Origin: Octopus sinensis
Taxonomy: Eukaryota
Direction of reading: 5' to 3'
DNA: 64,000 bases
Assembly (NCBI RefSeq): GCF_006345805.1
Contig: NC_043020.1
Coordinates: 19,530,001 to 19,594,000 of the forward strand
Part shown: one piece after another, positions 50,311 to 63,525 of the stretch
How the letters are laid out: the number at the start of each line of letters is the position of its first letter
How positions within the stretch are numbered: the first letter of the stretch is position 1
Notes under the pieces: model-generated
Told to the model about the DNA's origin: nothing
Seen by the model: only the letters and a program-made list of their open reading frames with translations
Databases searched by the model: none
Made by a program: the position numbers and the translations under genes

Positions 50311-51639
50311 GAAAAATTATTATTATTTATTATTATTATTATCATTATTATTATTTCTACTGCTCTTCTATGTTGCAAGGGATTAAAACCAGAGGGCAGT
50401 GCTGAAAAAAGCTGTTCGCCATCAAGTGACACACAGCCACATGTTTCCTCCTTCTTCCTCCTCTCAGGCCATCAAGATGGGATCAAATTACGAAGAAGCT
50501 TTAAAGGGTTACTTTCTTTCTTTGAAGGTAAGTCTCTTCTCTCTCTCTCTCTCCTCGATCCACTTAACTAGGATTTACAAATTTCTTATGTTTGCTGCGT
50601 AAATTGAAAATTGTGTCAACGACGGAATCACATATACACGCATCAACATATATCCATACAGCTATGTACACCCACTCATAGAGAAAGAAGCAAGCTCGCT
50701 AAACAACAAATGGGATAATTAATGTGACGATAAGCGTGATAAAACTTTTAATTAATCGAGGCTATAAATCCGTACCCAGAAATGGGGAAACATTCCTGAA
50801 CAATGTTTAACTAAAATAGTTTTTTTTAAAGATTAGCAACATCAACGGAAATGAATTAGCTAACGTATTATTCAAATACATGACGATCTTTCGGAATAAG
50901 TATATAAAAGCTGAAAGTATTGCTCTCAATTTCTGTAAAAACAATTTTATTTCTTTAATTATTTTTTTTCAGCTGAATCGCTTATGTTTATGTATTTTTT
51001 GCGAATGCATGTTTATGTATGTTTAACACATACATATACTTATATACACAAATGTACATGCATATACACATATAAACGCATACACACAAAAAATACTTGA
51101 ACGTAAGCGATTAAAAAAAAATTAATTAAATATTTTTACTGAAATACCGAATAAATACTTTCAGTTTTTGAAATACTTTCTCCCTACAAACTCGTAACAT
51201 AACGATTGTGTATGTATGTATGTGTGTGTGTATATATACACACACACACAATATATATATTATATATACATACATACACACAAACAAACACATCTTTATG
51301 TGAGACAAACAAAAATGTCAGCACTATACTAGATAATTACTCTCTTCCTAGATATTAATTACTTTTCCCTTGTTTGTAAATTTACTCACCACACATATAC
51401 ACACCTATATAAACTCATACACATGAGATCATGCAAACGAGTGTAATTACCAGCTGGAAAGAAAACTTAAACAGTACAAGAAAGCAGGACTGGTTTCATA
51501 TTTCTAGTCCTTGTCTCCCAGAACTGAGCTCCAGGTTAGTCCCCATCCAACAGGACTGCATTGTAGTTGTAACTATTCTGTTTGTTTGAGGGTTTGGGGA
51601 GTTCTTAAGTGTGGTCACTCTAGGACCTATTATTCTATT

Positions 51640-51892
51640 ATCATCATCATCGTTTAGCGTCTGCTTTCCATGCTAGCATGGGTTGGACGGTTCAACTGGG
51701 GTCTGAGAAGCCAGGAGGCTGCACCAGGCCCAGGCTGATCTGGCAACGTTTCTACGGCTGGATGCCCTTCCTAACGCCAACCACTCCGCGAGTGTAGTGG
51801 GTGCTTTTTACGTGCCACCGGCACAGGTGCCAGACGAGGCTGGCAAACGGCCACGATCGGATGGTGCTTTTTACGTGCCACACCTTTTAAGA
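51640..51892 (-). mobile_element. 3' tail copy of the 55.8-58.3 kb RTE-type LINE
   Basis: CATCATCGTTTAGCGTCTGCTTTCCATGCTAGCATGGGTTGGAC is near identical to 55793 onward. Confidence 0.85.
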
Positions 51893-51904
51893 TGGTAAAG
51901 GCAG

Positions 51905-52110
51905 TGAACCAGCGGAACTGTTAGCACACTGGGAAAAATGCTTAGCAGCATTTTGTCCATCTTTACATTCTGAGTTCAAATTCTGCTGAGGTCGATTTAG
52001 CCCTTCATCCTTTCAGGGCCGATGAAATAAGTATCAGTTGAATACAGGGATCGCTATAATTGACATAACCCCTCCCTCAAAATTGCTGACCTTGTTCCAA
52101 AATGTGAAAC
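51905..52110 (+). mobile_element. SINE family B
   Basis: Diverged head and body. Confidence 0.7.
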
Positions 52111-52244
52111 CAATATTTTTTAAGATGGTAGGGTCTGCTTTGAAGGAAGATTTGGCTGCTATTTCTAGCAAGACAGGTGAATACATAAAAACTTCCTTGT
52201 TGACTTGTGAAATTTTTGTGTAAGATCTTCAAAATAATTACATA

Positions 52245-52600
52245 TAGGTGTGGCTGTGTGATAAGAAGCTTGCTTCCCAACCACATGGTTTCAGGTTCAG
52301 TCTCACTGCATGGCACCTTAGGCAGTGTCTTCTACTATAGCCTTGGGTCAACAAAAGCCTTGTGAGTGAATTTGGTAGATGGAATCTGAAAGAAGCCCAT
52401 TGTGTTTGTCCCCCCCCACCACCACCACCATTGCTTGACAACTGGTGTGTTTACGTCTCCCATAACTTATCAGTTCAGCAAAAGAGACCTATAAAATAAG
52501 TACTATGTTTACAAAGAATAAGTCCTGGGGTCGATTTATTTGACTAAAGGCAGTGCTCCAGCATGGCCGCAGTCAAATGACTGAAACAAGTAAAAGAATA
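52245..52600 (+). mobile_element. SINE family A
   Basis: Head, core and tail. Confidence 0.85.
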
Positions 52601-52849
52601 TATATAGAGAGAGAGAGGTGTTGCTGTGCAGTAAGGAGTTGAAAACATGCCAAATCAGACTGGAGCCTGGTGTAGCTCCACAGCTTCCCTGCTCTGGTCA
52701 AGCTGTCTCCAACCCCTGCCAGAATGAACAACAGACGTTAAATGATGATGATGAAATCAGCAAAGATGTCAAACATGCACCACTCTCACTCCTTTCTGCA
52801 TTTTTTTAAGTGCATAACCTCAGACAAACACCATAGCAAGCACAGAGCC

Positions 52850-52995
52850 TGAAATTTTAAGGAAGACATATAGTCAGTATTACATCAGCCCCAGTGCTCA
52901 GTTGGTATTTATTTTATTGACCCCGAAAGGATGAAAGGTGAAGTTGACCTCAGTGAATATTGAACTCAGAACATAAAGATGGATAAAATGCTTTC
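52850..52995 (-). mobile_element. SINE family B partial
   Basis: Reverse complement of the body. Confidence 0.7.
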
Positions 52996-53764
52996 TTCTG
53001 TTACACTTCCAAGCTGTGCTGTTTTACATATATAATGTTTAACCATATACTTATCTGTAGATAGACTACTAAACTCTGTGTGTATTCAGAAATAGTGACT
53101 GTGAAGTTAGTTATAGTTTCAGAACTGTTATGCTACTGAAGTCTGGCACTTTGGATTGGGCTGAACCACATCTAAGAGAAAAGCATATGATAATTGTATC
53201 CCACTTTAGCATGTGGCCTACCTGGCCATTTACACTTTGGTATGTAATCTAACCATAATGCTTAAATCCTAACCCCCCTAGCCTAGATTAGGTCATTCCA
53301 TAGTGTAGACTGCACACTAAAGTAGTACCAATAATTCTATCCCACTCTATTGTAATTCCTAAATCCAGTCCCAACTCTCTTTTATTTTAGTGTTTCACCC
53401 CATTTGTCTGGGACTCCTATGGAGATATCAGTAATAGGCAATAATTTGAGAACTTAGCACTTTCCACTGTCTCGAACTTAAGCTGGTATCTGTTTGATCA
53501 TCATGGAAGGCCCAACTAAATTTGTGACTTGATACAAACTATCGTCAAAATAAACGAAACTCTTAATCATTTAGTTTGTTCTCAACATTTCTGATCAAGG
53601 GTAAATTCAAATTTAGATTGAATAGCTATCAATTTTAGATTGTTAATTTAGGACTACACCAAGAAGCAGACCTCACTTAGATCACACATGTACAGAACTT
53701 GGAGACAGATAATGTAGTTCTGTCTGCTTGTTTATAGCTAGCGTGATGCTAAATAATCTTTCCT

Positions 53765-53965
53765 ACTATAGGCACAAGGCCTGAAATTTTTGCCAGGAAG
53801 GAGTAAGTTGATTACATCAACCCCTGTGCTCAACTGGTAGTTACTTTACCGACCCCGATAGGATGAAAAGCAAAGTCAACCCCGGCAGCATTTGAACTCA
53901 GAACATGAAAACAGATGAAATACTGCTGAGCATTTCACCCGGTGTGCTAATGATTCTGCCATCTC
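53765..53965 (-). mobile_element. SINE family B
   Basis: Reverse complement of head and body. Confidence 0.75.
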
Positions 53966-54273
53966 GCCACCTTATTGGAGCTAAATAATAACAGCACAAA
54001 AATATGCAACAACAGCTAAGAAATTCTGGAGAATCTTATACAAACACCTCTCATTGATAAAGAATCAAAAATTTGTCAGCTGCACCCATAAACATATCCC
54101 CAATGACTAACAAAGCTGGTCACAGCAAAGTGTCAAATAAAAACCCAGACATTCTTCTGTGGTCACCAAACAAACTGTTTTCACTAAGTGAAAGTGGCAG
54201 ACCATGCTCAGAGACTACCAATACTGTTAGAATGATGGTTTGGGAATTTTGGTTTAATTTCTACTTTCCCTAA

Positions 54274-54842
54274 CCCTTCACTAGTCACCTGGCCTTTCCG
54301 AACATGGTTAATCACATGGGGTATTTACATACCACAATACAAAAATGTTTATAGTTTTAGTAAAATATACTCATTCTGTTGGTTCAGGATATATCTGCAA
54401 TCACTGCTGAGAAGTTTGAAACCCTTGTAGCTGATTGATATTAATATAAAACAATACAATAAAATAAATTATAAAATTAAGGAAACACTAAAAAAATCTT
54501 ACATTCAGATCACATTTATTTTGAAAATACCCACAGAATATACCATTTTGTGGAATTTTTTAATATCTATGATGAATATCAATGTTAGAAAACAACATAA
54601 CAGGCAATCTCCATTAGAATATATATTAAATAAAAACTGCATAAGTCACATGGGGTGACTAGATAAAAACGATGTCTACCTCACCTGACAACTGAGCCAT
54701 GACTGTGCCACACCACCTGCAACACACCCTCAGAGTCAGAAGAGTAGAGGAAGGGAGGAAAAAAAAATTAGTTGCCAACTAGAAATTATGAGCATTTAAA
54801 AGAATTTGAGGCAACAACACACCCCATGTGACTAACGAAGGG
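54274..54842. mobile_element. piggyBac-like MITE
   Basis: TIRs CCCTTCACTAGTCACCTGG / reverse complement CCCTTCGTTAGTCACATGG. Flanks CTAA and TTAG are each one mismatch from TTAA. Confidence 0.5.
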
Positions 54843-55361
54843 TTAGTTGTTACTTTATTAGTAAGTTAACTGTCACTCGGTTTTAACATTAATATCTGGC
54901 CTCCATTTGAGGATAACTGCCTCCCTTCCTCCCAGTTGCCTTGGAAATCCAGAAAAGGGTCATGCTGGTTGCTTTTCTATGTAAGCAGAAAGTGAATAAA
55001 TAGATAATAATGATAATATCATTATTTAATATCTGGGTTCCATGCGGGTGTGGGTTGGACTGTATGATAAAATTAATACTCATTCTCTCCAACTTCATAA
55101 AATAGGTTATCAGCTGCAGTTTCTGCCCTAATGCAGATATAAATATTGGTGCAGGTGTCAGCAGATTCAATTCCCACAAATTACCATTATTGCTGTAAAC
55201 TTTCTGAACTGCCAAAATAAGTATGTGATGTTGAGGCTTTCATTTTATATTCACTCAGAGGCTATAAATTTGGTATGGGTTGAAGTCAATTGAATTCCAC
55301 ACACACACACACACTGACACACAACTTCACTGGTACTTTATTTAGTAACTAGTCATCTACT

Positions 55362-55745
55362 GCGGAGGTGCAATGGCCCAGTGGTTAGGGCAGCGGACTT
55401 GTGGTTGTAGGATCAGAGTTTCGATTCCCAGACTGGACATTGTGAGTGTTTATGGAGCGAAAACACCTAAAGTTCCACAAGGCTCCAACAGGGGATGGTG
55501 GCAAACCCTGCTGTACTCTTTCACCACAACTTTTTCTCACTCTTTCTTCTTATTTCTGTTGTACCTGTATTTCAAAGGGCCTGCCTTGTCACACTGTGTC
55601 ATGCTGAATCTTCCCTAGAACTACGTTAAGGGTACACGTGTCTGTGGAGTGCTCAGCCACTTGCGCGTTAATTTCACAAGCTGGCTGTTCCGTTGATCGG
55701 ATTAACTGGAACCCTTGTTGTCTTAACCGATGGAGTGCCAACCAG
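55362..55745 (+). mobile_element. tRNA-derived SINE (family C-like head, different body)
   Basis: GGTGCAATGGCCCAGTGGTTAGG..GTTTCGATTCCC. Part of the body recurs inverted at about 12560-12700. Confidence 0.7.
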
Positions 55746-55792
55746 TCATCTACTAAATTTCTTTCTATTTTCCACAAGGATCCTTATATATA

Positions 55793-58270
55793 TCATCATC
55801 ATCGTTTAGCGTCTGCTTTCCATGCTAGCATGGGTTGGACTGTTCAACTGGGGTCTGGGAAGCCAGAAGGCTGCACCAGGCCCAATCTGATCTGGCAATG
55901 TTTCTACGGCTGGATGCCCTTCCTAACACCAACTACTCCGTGAGTGTCTTTTACATGCTACCGGCACAGGTGCCAGACGAGGCTGGCAAACAGCTACGAT
56001 CGGATGGTGCTTTTTACGTGCCACCGGCACCGGGGCCAGGCGAGGCTGGCAACAGTCACGATCGGATGGTGCTTTTTACGTGCCACTGGCATGAGGCCAG
56101 TCAGGGCGGCGCTGGCAACAGCCACATTCGGATGGTTCTCTTATGTACCACTGGCACTGGTATCACAGCTGCAATTTCCATTGATGTTGATCGATTTCGA
56201 TTTTCACTTGCCTCAACAGATCTTCACAAGTAGAGTTTTGTGTCCCAAGAAGGAAAGGTATGCATAAGTGGACTGGCTACATCCCATGTAGAGGCCACGG
56301 GTTACGGTCTCACTTGTCCTGCCGGGTCTTCTCACGCACAGCATACTTCCAAAGGTCTCGCTCGGTCTCTAGTCATTTCCTCGGTGAGACCTAAAGTTCG
56401 AAGGTTGTGCTTCACCACCTCGTCCCAGGTTTTCCTGGGTCTGCCTCTTCCACAGGTTCCCTCAACTGCTAGGGTGTGGCACTTTTTCACACAACTATCT
56501 TCATCCATTCTCGCCACATGACCATACCAGCGTAAACATCTCTCTTGCACACCACAACAGATGCTTCTTAGGTCCAGCTTTTCTCTCAAGGTACTTACAC
56601 TCTATCGAATATGAATACTGACATTACACATCCATCGGAGCCTACTGGCTTCATTTCTTGTGAGCTTACGCATATCCTCAGCAGTCATGGCCCATGTTTC
56701 ACTGCCATGTAGCATGGCTGTTCGTACACACGCGTCATACAGTCTGCCTTTTACTCTGAACGAGAAGCCTTTTGTCACCAGCAGAGGTAAGAGCTCTCTG
56801 AACTTTGCCCAAGCTATTCTTACTCTAGCAGTTACACGTTCAGCACACCCGCCCCCACTACTGACTTGGTCACCTAGGTAACGGAAGCTATCAACTATTT
56901 CTAGTTTTTCTCCCTGGAATGTGGCAGAAGTTGGTCTCAGCATTTTCAGTGTTTATTGCTCCTGAGCATCTGTCACATACAAAAACTATCTTCCTAGTTA
57001 GCCTCCCTTTGACATTGCTGCACCTCTGATGTGTCCATAGCTTACACTTGGTGCATCTTATAGAGTTTCTACCTACAACTTTTCTATAGATCGAGCAGGG
57101 CCATCTACCTGAAGGCGTTTGTGATTTGTCTACCTTCCTACTTATTAGGACTTTGGTTTTAGCTAGATTGACTCTAAGACCCTTCGATTCTAATCCTTGC
57201 TTCCACACCTGAAACTTCTCCTCCAGTTCTGATAGTGACTCAACAATTAGAGCAAGGTCATCAGCATAGAGGAGCTCCCAAGAGCATCCTGTTTTGAATT
57301 CCTCCGTTATTGCCTGGAGGACTATGATAAATAGGAGGGGGCTGAGGACTGAGCCTTGGTGGACCCCTACCTCTACCCGGAATTCTTCACTGTACTCGTT
57401 GCCAACCCTCACCTTACTAGCGGCGTCCCTGTACATGGCTTGCACAGCTCTCACTAACCATTCATCTATCCCTAGTTTCCTCATTGACCACTAGATAAGG
57501 GATCGGGGGACCCTGTCGAAGGCTTTCTCCATGTCAACAAAAGCCAGGTACAGGGGCTTATCTTTGGCTAGGTATTTCTCCTGCAGCTGCCTTACCAGGA
57601 ATATAGCATCGGTGATGCTTTTCCCTGGCACAAACCCTAACTGCATCTCATCTAAACTAACTCTCTCTCTAATTAGTTGGGCTATGACCCTCTCCGTAAC
57701 CTTCATTACCTGATCCAACAGCTTGATACCTCTGTAATTATTTGTATCTAGGGCGTCACCTTTACCTTTGTAGCAGTTGGCTATTATGCTGCTACACCAG
57801 TCATTGGGTATGACTCCTTCGTGTATCGCCTGATTAACTATACGTGTGACTAGGCTATAGCCGACACTACCAGATATTTTGAGCATCTCTGCAGTGATAC
57901 CTGATGGGCCTGGGGCTTTCCCTGTCTTCATGCTTCTAATTGCCTTAACTACCAAGGAACTATCAACCCTGATAGCTGGTCCCTCTGTTGGGTCAACATT
58001 CGGCAGACTCTCTTTATCCCATTCATTTTCTTTATTCAGCAACCTTTCATAGTGGCATCTCCAAACCTCTCTCTTTGCATCCTCATTTAGTGCAAGTGAA
58101 CCATCATCCATGCGAACACATTTCTCTCCTACCACATCACGATTCTCCCTCACACACTGTCTTGCAACACGAAACACCTCAAGTCTTTCATCCTCACGGC
58201 ACAGAACATTGGCAAATTTTTTCTTATTTGTTTCCCCTCCGGCTAAATAGACCTGTCTCCTAGCTTCCCT
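55793..58270 (-). mobile_element. 5'-truncated RTE-type LINE (RT with PHD-like insertion, 3' UTR with about 50-bp tandem repeats, (GAT)n tail)
   Basis: YRGIKLL, GFVPGKSITDAIF, FVDMEKAFDRV, GVHQGSVLSPLLF, LLYADDLAL, FRYLG, MLHGSETW, LRWYGHV, GRGRPRKTW. A few frameshifts. Confidence 0.93.
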
Positions 58271-59096
58271 TTTGGCAGTGGATTTGGTAGAAGAAACGTA
58301 TGTGTATCATCCTTTAACATCCATTTTCCATGCTGGCTTGGATTGGACAGTGTGACAGGAGCTAGCCAGTTGATGAGTTACCCAGGCTCCATGGTTTCTA
58401 CAGCTGGATGTCCTTCCTAACGCCAACCACTTTACAGAATATTTTTACCTCTTTAGTACTCTCCAGCATCTTATGTCTCTATCTTTTCCCCACATCTTCA
58501 CCACCTTTCAGTTTCCATTTGACAATCTCTCATAAGTGGACCTGAAATCTTGTGGTTTGGGCAGCAAACATTTTAACCAACCACACAACAATACCGGCAC
58601 CTACACAGCCAGGTGGTGGTATAATCTAGTCTTGCGGGTTGTTGTTTAGCCCTAGGTAAACTCTGATTAAGCAGACCTATGATCAAAGATGCTGCAATTA
58701 TTATCTTATCTTACCTTCAGATAACGTATCCAGGACATTACTTGATGTGTCCTTCCTTTAGACAAGACCTATAAGACACTCCAGCAATGGTGATAGTGTT
58801 TCTGGGGTGGTTGTTATGGTGAAGTTGTATATGTGAAAGCAGTGTGATGGCATTGTTGTTTTTTTATGCTGTTGTCGTAGTGTGTGTAGTTGTACTATTG
58901 GTGGTGTTAATGTTGGAATGTGTTGTGGTGGTGATGATACTTACTAGGCTGTTGTTGTTTAGCAAAACTTTTGTGTGAAGTTTGGCTACTGTTTTTAACA
59001 AGTCCAGTTGACTGCAGAGACTCTTTAAGCATGTCGTGCTTTTTATAGTTGTAGATTTTTGTGAGTAGTAGAAATATTTAACCTTGCCAAAAAAAA

Positions 59097-61151
59097 GGGC
59101 GGACCTGGCGCACAGTCCCCCGCCGAAACCAACCTTTCTGATCTTTTTTTTAGTTTTTTTTCACCGAATTCCGATGTTTTCGTTGACGGAGATTCCGAAT
59201 ATGCAAAAGACCACCTTTTCAAAATGTTTAATCCCCCACCCCCAGTTTTCAATTTTTAACTTTTTCCGAAATCTTATCTATCAATCTACATGGGAAAATA
59301 CGGAGATAAAGAATATGGAAATAGAAAATTTATTTGAAATTTTCTATTAAAAATTCCAAAATTGATCTCCAACTCCTCATCACCCCATCCTGCTATTCCA
59401 AAAGTGAAAATGAACGGATGTTTTGTCAGTTTGCGCATGCGTAGATTTATAGTGAAACAGCAAAAGGATCACGGCATGTGAAGCCCTCATCACGAAACTT
59501 GATATTCTAAAGATAACAGCTAAATGTTTGGAGAACTTTTGTGTTGTGTGTGTGCGTGCACGCAACAATTTCTACAGCTTATCCGAATGAACAGAGAAAG
59601 TACACAGATACAGGTTTTACATACCTGTCGTATACGTCAGTTTTGTTTTTTCGCTTTAAAAGTTACCTTTGGTATTAATTTACAATTACACCATACTCGC
59701 TGAACACTATTTCGATGTCATTGAATGTGTTGTAAACGAATTTGGGGGTTAGGGTTAGTATTTAGCAAGTATGGTGTTATTGTAAATATTTATCAAATTC
59801 TTATCCACTCACAATTGTGTTCATCAGTAACCAACGATTGTGTGAAAGTGTTTGTGGGAATGCGCATGCAACAGGACTACACAGAAAGTTTGTTTCAGAA
59901 AAATACTCTTTACGTACCTTGCTGTCAAATCATTGGTTTAATCCCAACAAAATACTACAAGTTTAGTCCCTGGCTCAGCACCTATGTTTGTGTTCTTCAT
60001 TCGAAAGTTTCAGCCATGTGTATCTGCATGCATATATGAGCAGGTGTGTGGAGGGGAGCGGGTTAGTGCGCAAGGAAAACATTTACGGAAATATACTCAT
60101 TAAAATAATCTTTATAAGTCATGTTTGCAATTTTCCATATAAATGATAGCAAAGTGTGTATCAAATGAAGTTAAAATTCTGGTTCAGTGACAGATCGATT
60201 AAGTTAGTAAAGTTTTAACGCTTTTGGTGACAACATATTCTCTCTTCTAATTTAATATTGAAAAAGAGAGAATATGCCACCCTCTCTTTTGCAAGAGAAA
60301 TTAATTTTGGCGGCAAGGGCCAAACCCTTTGTTTCATTATCACAATTAAAAAGAAATTCAGAGTTGTGACATTGCGCAAGTTCAGTATTCCCTTACGGTT
60401 TTCACACAAATGTTGGTTGTGGATAAATAGTTCGTGACTACGTAAAAACTTGTATATAAACACAACACGAAAATAATTTGTGGCTTGGCATTAAAATTGA
60501 CATAGATGTGAAACTTTGAGGTTCAGGAGTGGGGGAAAGTTCAACTCCAATTGAAATCAATTTTTTTCTCCGTATCCGAAAACGGGGGTTTTTGGCAAAA
60601 AAAAAATCACAAACATAAACAAATTTGGGAGGAAATGGTGGGGGGAGTCTTTCCACTTTCTCTATTCATTTGGATAAGCTGTAGAAATTGTTGCGTGCAC
60701 GCACACACAAATACAAAAATTCTCCAAACATTTAGCTGTTATTTTTAGAATATCAAGTTTCGTGATGAGGGCTTCACATGCTGTGATCCTTTTGCTTGTT
60801 TCACTATAAATCTACGCATGCGCAAACTGACAAAACAGTCATTCATTTTCACTTTTGGAATAGCGGGATGGAGTGTGGAGTGGTGAGAAGTTGTAGATCA
60901 GCTTTGGAGTTTTTCATAGAAAATTTTAAATTTTTTTTTTCCATATTCTTTATCTCTGTGTTTTCCCATGCAGAAAGAAAATTTCGAAAAAAGTTAAAAT
61001 TTAGTGGGTGGAGGAGTAAACATTTTGAAAACATGGTTGTTTGCATATTCAGAATCTCTGTCATCGAAAACAGGAATTCGGTGAAAAAATAGGAAAAAAA
61101 CATCGGAAAGGTCGGTTTCGGGGGAGGGGGTACTGTGCGTCAGGTCCGCCC
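59097..61151. mobile_element. Foldback / MULE-like non-autonomous element with about 500-bp TIRs (59097-59601, 60655-61151)
   Basis: Long diverged inverted repeats starting GGGCGGACCTG. Candidate 9-bp TSD CAAAAAAAA / CAAAAAGAT (6/9). No transposase ORF inside. Confidence 0.6.
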
Positions 61152-62391
61152 CAAAAAGATTGTTAAAAAAGAAAAGTGGGGGGAAAATAGCCAAGTTTGT
61201 AAATTTTGTTGATTATACCCTCGAACGAAGAGATCAGAGTTACTTTTTTATTGTCTGATGAACTAGGAGAAAAATTGTTTCTGCAACTTTGTCTTCTCCC
61301 TTCTCGGCATTTCAGTACTTTCACTTAGAATTCTTGTTTCTTTCTTCCACGTAGACGTCCGGCGGTTTCCGACTGGAACAACTTTAACTCCTTGTTACGT
61401 CATTTTCGACTGTTTTAATAAGAATCTGAAAATCACACAAGACATTCCGAGTCTTATTTCACTATCTGTGCCATCTCATTTTGAAAGTTTGAAAGTGTCT
61501 TTCGTTCCTTCGGTGCGACAGGGTAGATTTCGATTGTAGCAGACAAAACTTTCACCGCATGTTCACATTGCTGAGTTGTTTCGGGCAGAAGCAACCACAT
61601 CTGAAACTGTTGGTTAGTTTAAAGGTGGATTGTGTTGGTTAATCTGTTTTGTGCTGTTGGGGAGACAGTCATATTTCAGTTTTTGTCATTTATTCACGAA
61701 ACCATGCTGTGCGCGCGCGCCTTATGTATGTATGATATCATTCAGTTTTATTTCAAGATTTCTTGCCAAGAGAGAAAGAACCAGTTTCTAACATAGATCC
61801 AAAGTTCACTCCTTCATTGGAATTTCAACATCAGGCTATTTTTGTATGTATATGTGCAGATTTGTATGGTTTGTTTTAGAAGGTGTATAACAACAACCAG
61901 TATGGTGACCGCATCCTTCCCTCGCTAACTTTCTATAACTTTTTGAAAAAGCGTATTTTGTAATGGAAGTTTGTGTTTTGGTTGTGATTATGTTGATAAA
62001 ATAACTCTTTTGGAGAAATTTCGAATCGTTTTTTTCTCCCATCTCCGACTTTATTACCCCCGATTTCGGTCAAACTAAAGCGTTTAATTCACGATGTGAA
62101 TTTTCCGAGGCCTCTCCTCCACCCCCGCTTTCGCGAGCGCGCATTTTTTTTTTTGTCATATTCGTTTAGAGGAAGTTATTTTACACCTATTACACTATTT
62201 TTTGTTTTTAAGACCGGGTTAAACGCTTTAGTTTGACCCCGATTTCCCCTATTTTAGCGTCTTCCCCTTTTTTTCTCCCCACGTTGTGTTTGAAACCTAT
62301 ATTAAAATTGGAACGATACAGAATGTTAATTAGCACAGTCCCTGCGCAAAGATGGCATACAAATTCGTGAAGCATTTTTTTTTTTTTGTCG

Positions 62392-62540
62392 CAGGCGTGG
62401 TTATGTCTAGAGAGGTTTGCTTCCCAACCACATGGTTCAGGGCTCAATCCCACTGCATAGCACTTTGGGCTAGTGTCTTCCACTATCGCTCGGGTTTTGT
62501 GGGTGGATTTGTTAGACGGAAATTGAAAGAAGCTCGTAGT

Positions 62541-62577
<37 letters not shown>

Positions 62578-62770
62578 ATCACACACACACACACGCACGT
62601 TTGTGTGTGAGTCATTGTGTTTAAATCCTACCCCCATATGTTGGCTGGTTTACGTCCCCGTAACTTAGCGAAAAACGTAGAATTGGAGTCGATTTGTCCG
62701 ATGAAACCCATTTAGGTAGTGCCCCAGCTTGGCTGCAATCTAACGGCTGAAATAAGGTGAAGGATAAAAG
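62392..62770 (+). mobile_element. SINE family A (diverged)
   Basis: Head, core, TA/CA tract and tail remnant. Confidence 0.75.
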
Positions 62771-63424
62771 GTATGTTAAAAGCCGTATTTTTTGTTTCCA
62801 CACTACGGAAATTTCCTCTGGCCTATATTTTAAAAAAATTTAGCATTTTTTTGGAGAATCGTAATTTCAGATGAGATTCTGATTAAATTTTTTTTGAAAA
62901 CGAAATCAAAACTGAAAAATTCCAGAAGAGGTGGTGGGTGGGTGGGTGGGTCTAACTCTCACTCTTTATAAAAGTATAGAATCATAATCTATGATGGCTT
63001 AAAACACACATCTGAAGAAATTACGATTTTTGATACTTTCTATAATTTCGGTTAATGTTTACTTTAACACCCGGTTACCAAAACAAAAAGAGAACAAGTG
63101 TAATAGATGTAAAAAACGAAAAGGTGTATTAAACGAATATGAGAACAAAAATTTACGCCAACGAACCGATTATAAAGAAATTGGGGGGGGGGGACTTTTC
63201 CGAGGTGGGGGGGGGGGTGAGAGGACTTTCAAAGAGAAAGAAATTCATAAATTATTTGTTTGCTTGAGTGTAATGAAAAAAAGTTTTTTAAATTAATTTT
63301 TCGCTTGAGTAATAGAAAAAGGTTTTAAAAAAGATCCCATATTTCCTGATGAAAGAAACATTCATAAATACGGTGTTGAATATAGTTTCACTATGAAAAA
63401 ATGGTACTTGTCTATTGTCGTGGT

Positions 63425-63525
63425 CCCGGTTTCGCGCGCGCGCCAGACGTAGGTACTCGATACTCGAGATCCTACGAGGTGACTTGCGCATGCGCAGTGC
63501 AGAATTCGCGCATGCGCGTTAACCC
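63425..63525. promoter_or_regulatory. CpG-rich segment with two NRF1-type palindromes
   Basis: TGCGCATGCGCA and CGCGCATGCGCG within 40 bp, plus a (CG)n run, in an otherwise CpG-poor window. Confidence 0.4.

Noticed and set aside
59745-59760. GGGTTAGGGTTAG telomere-like motif
   Set aside because: Only two units inside a transposon interior. Not an interstitial telomeric array.
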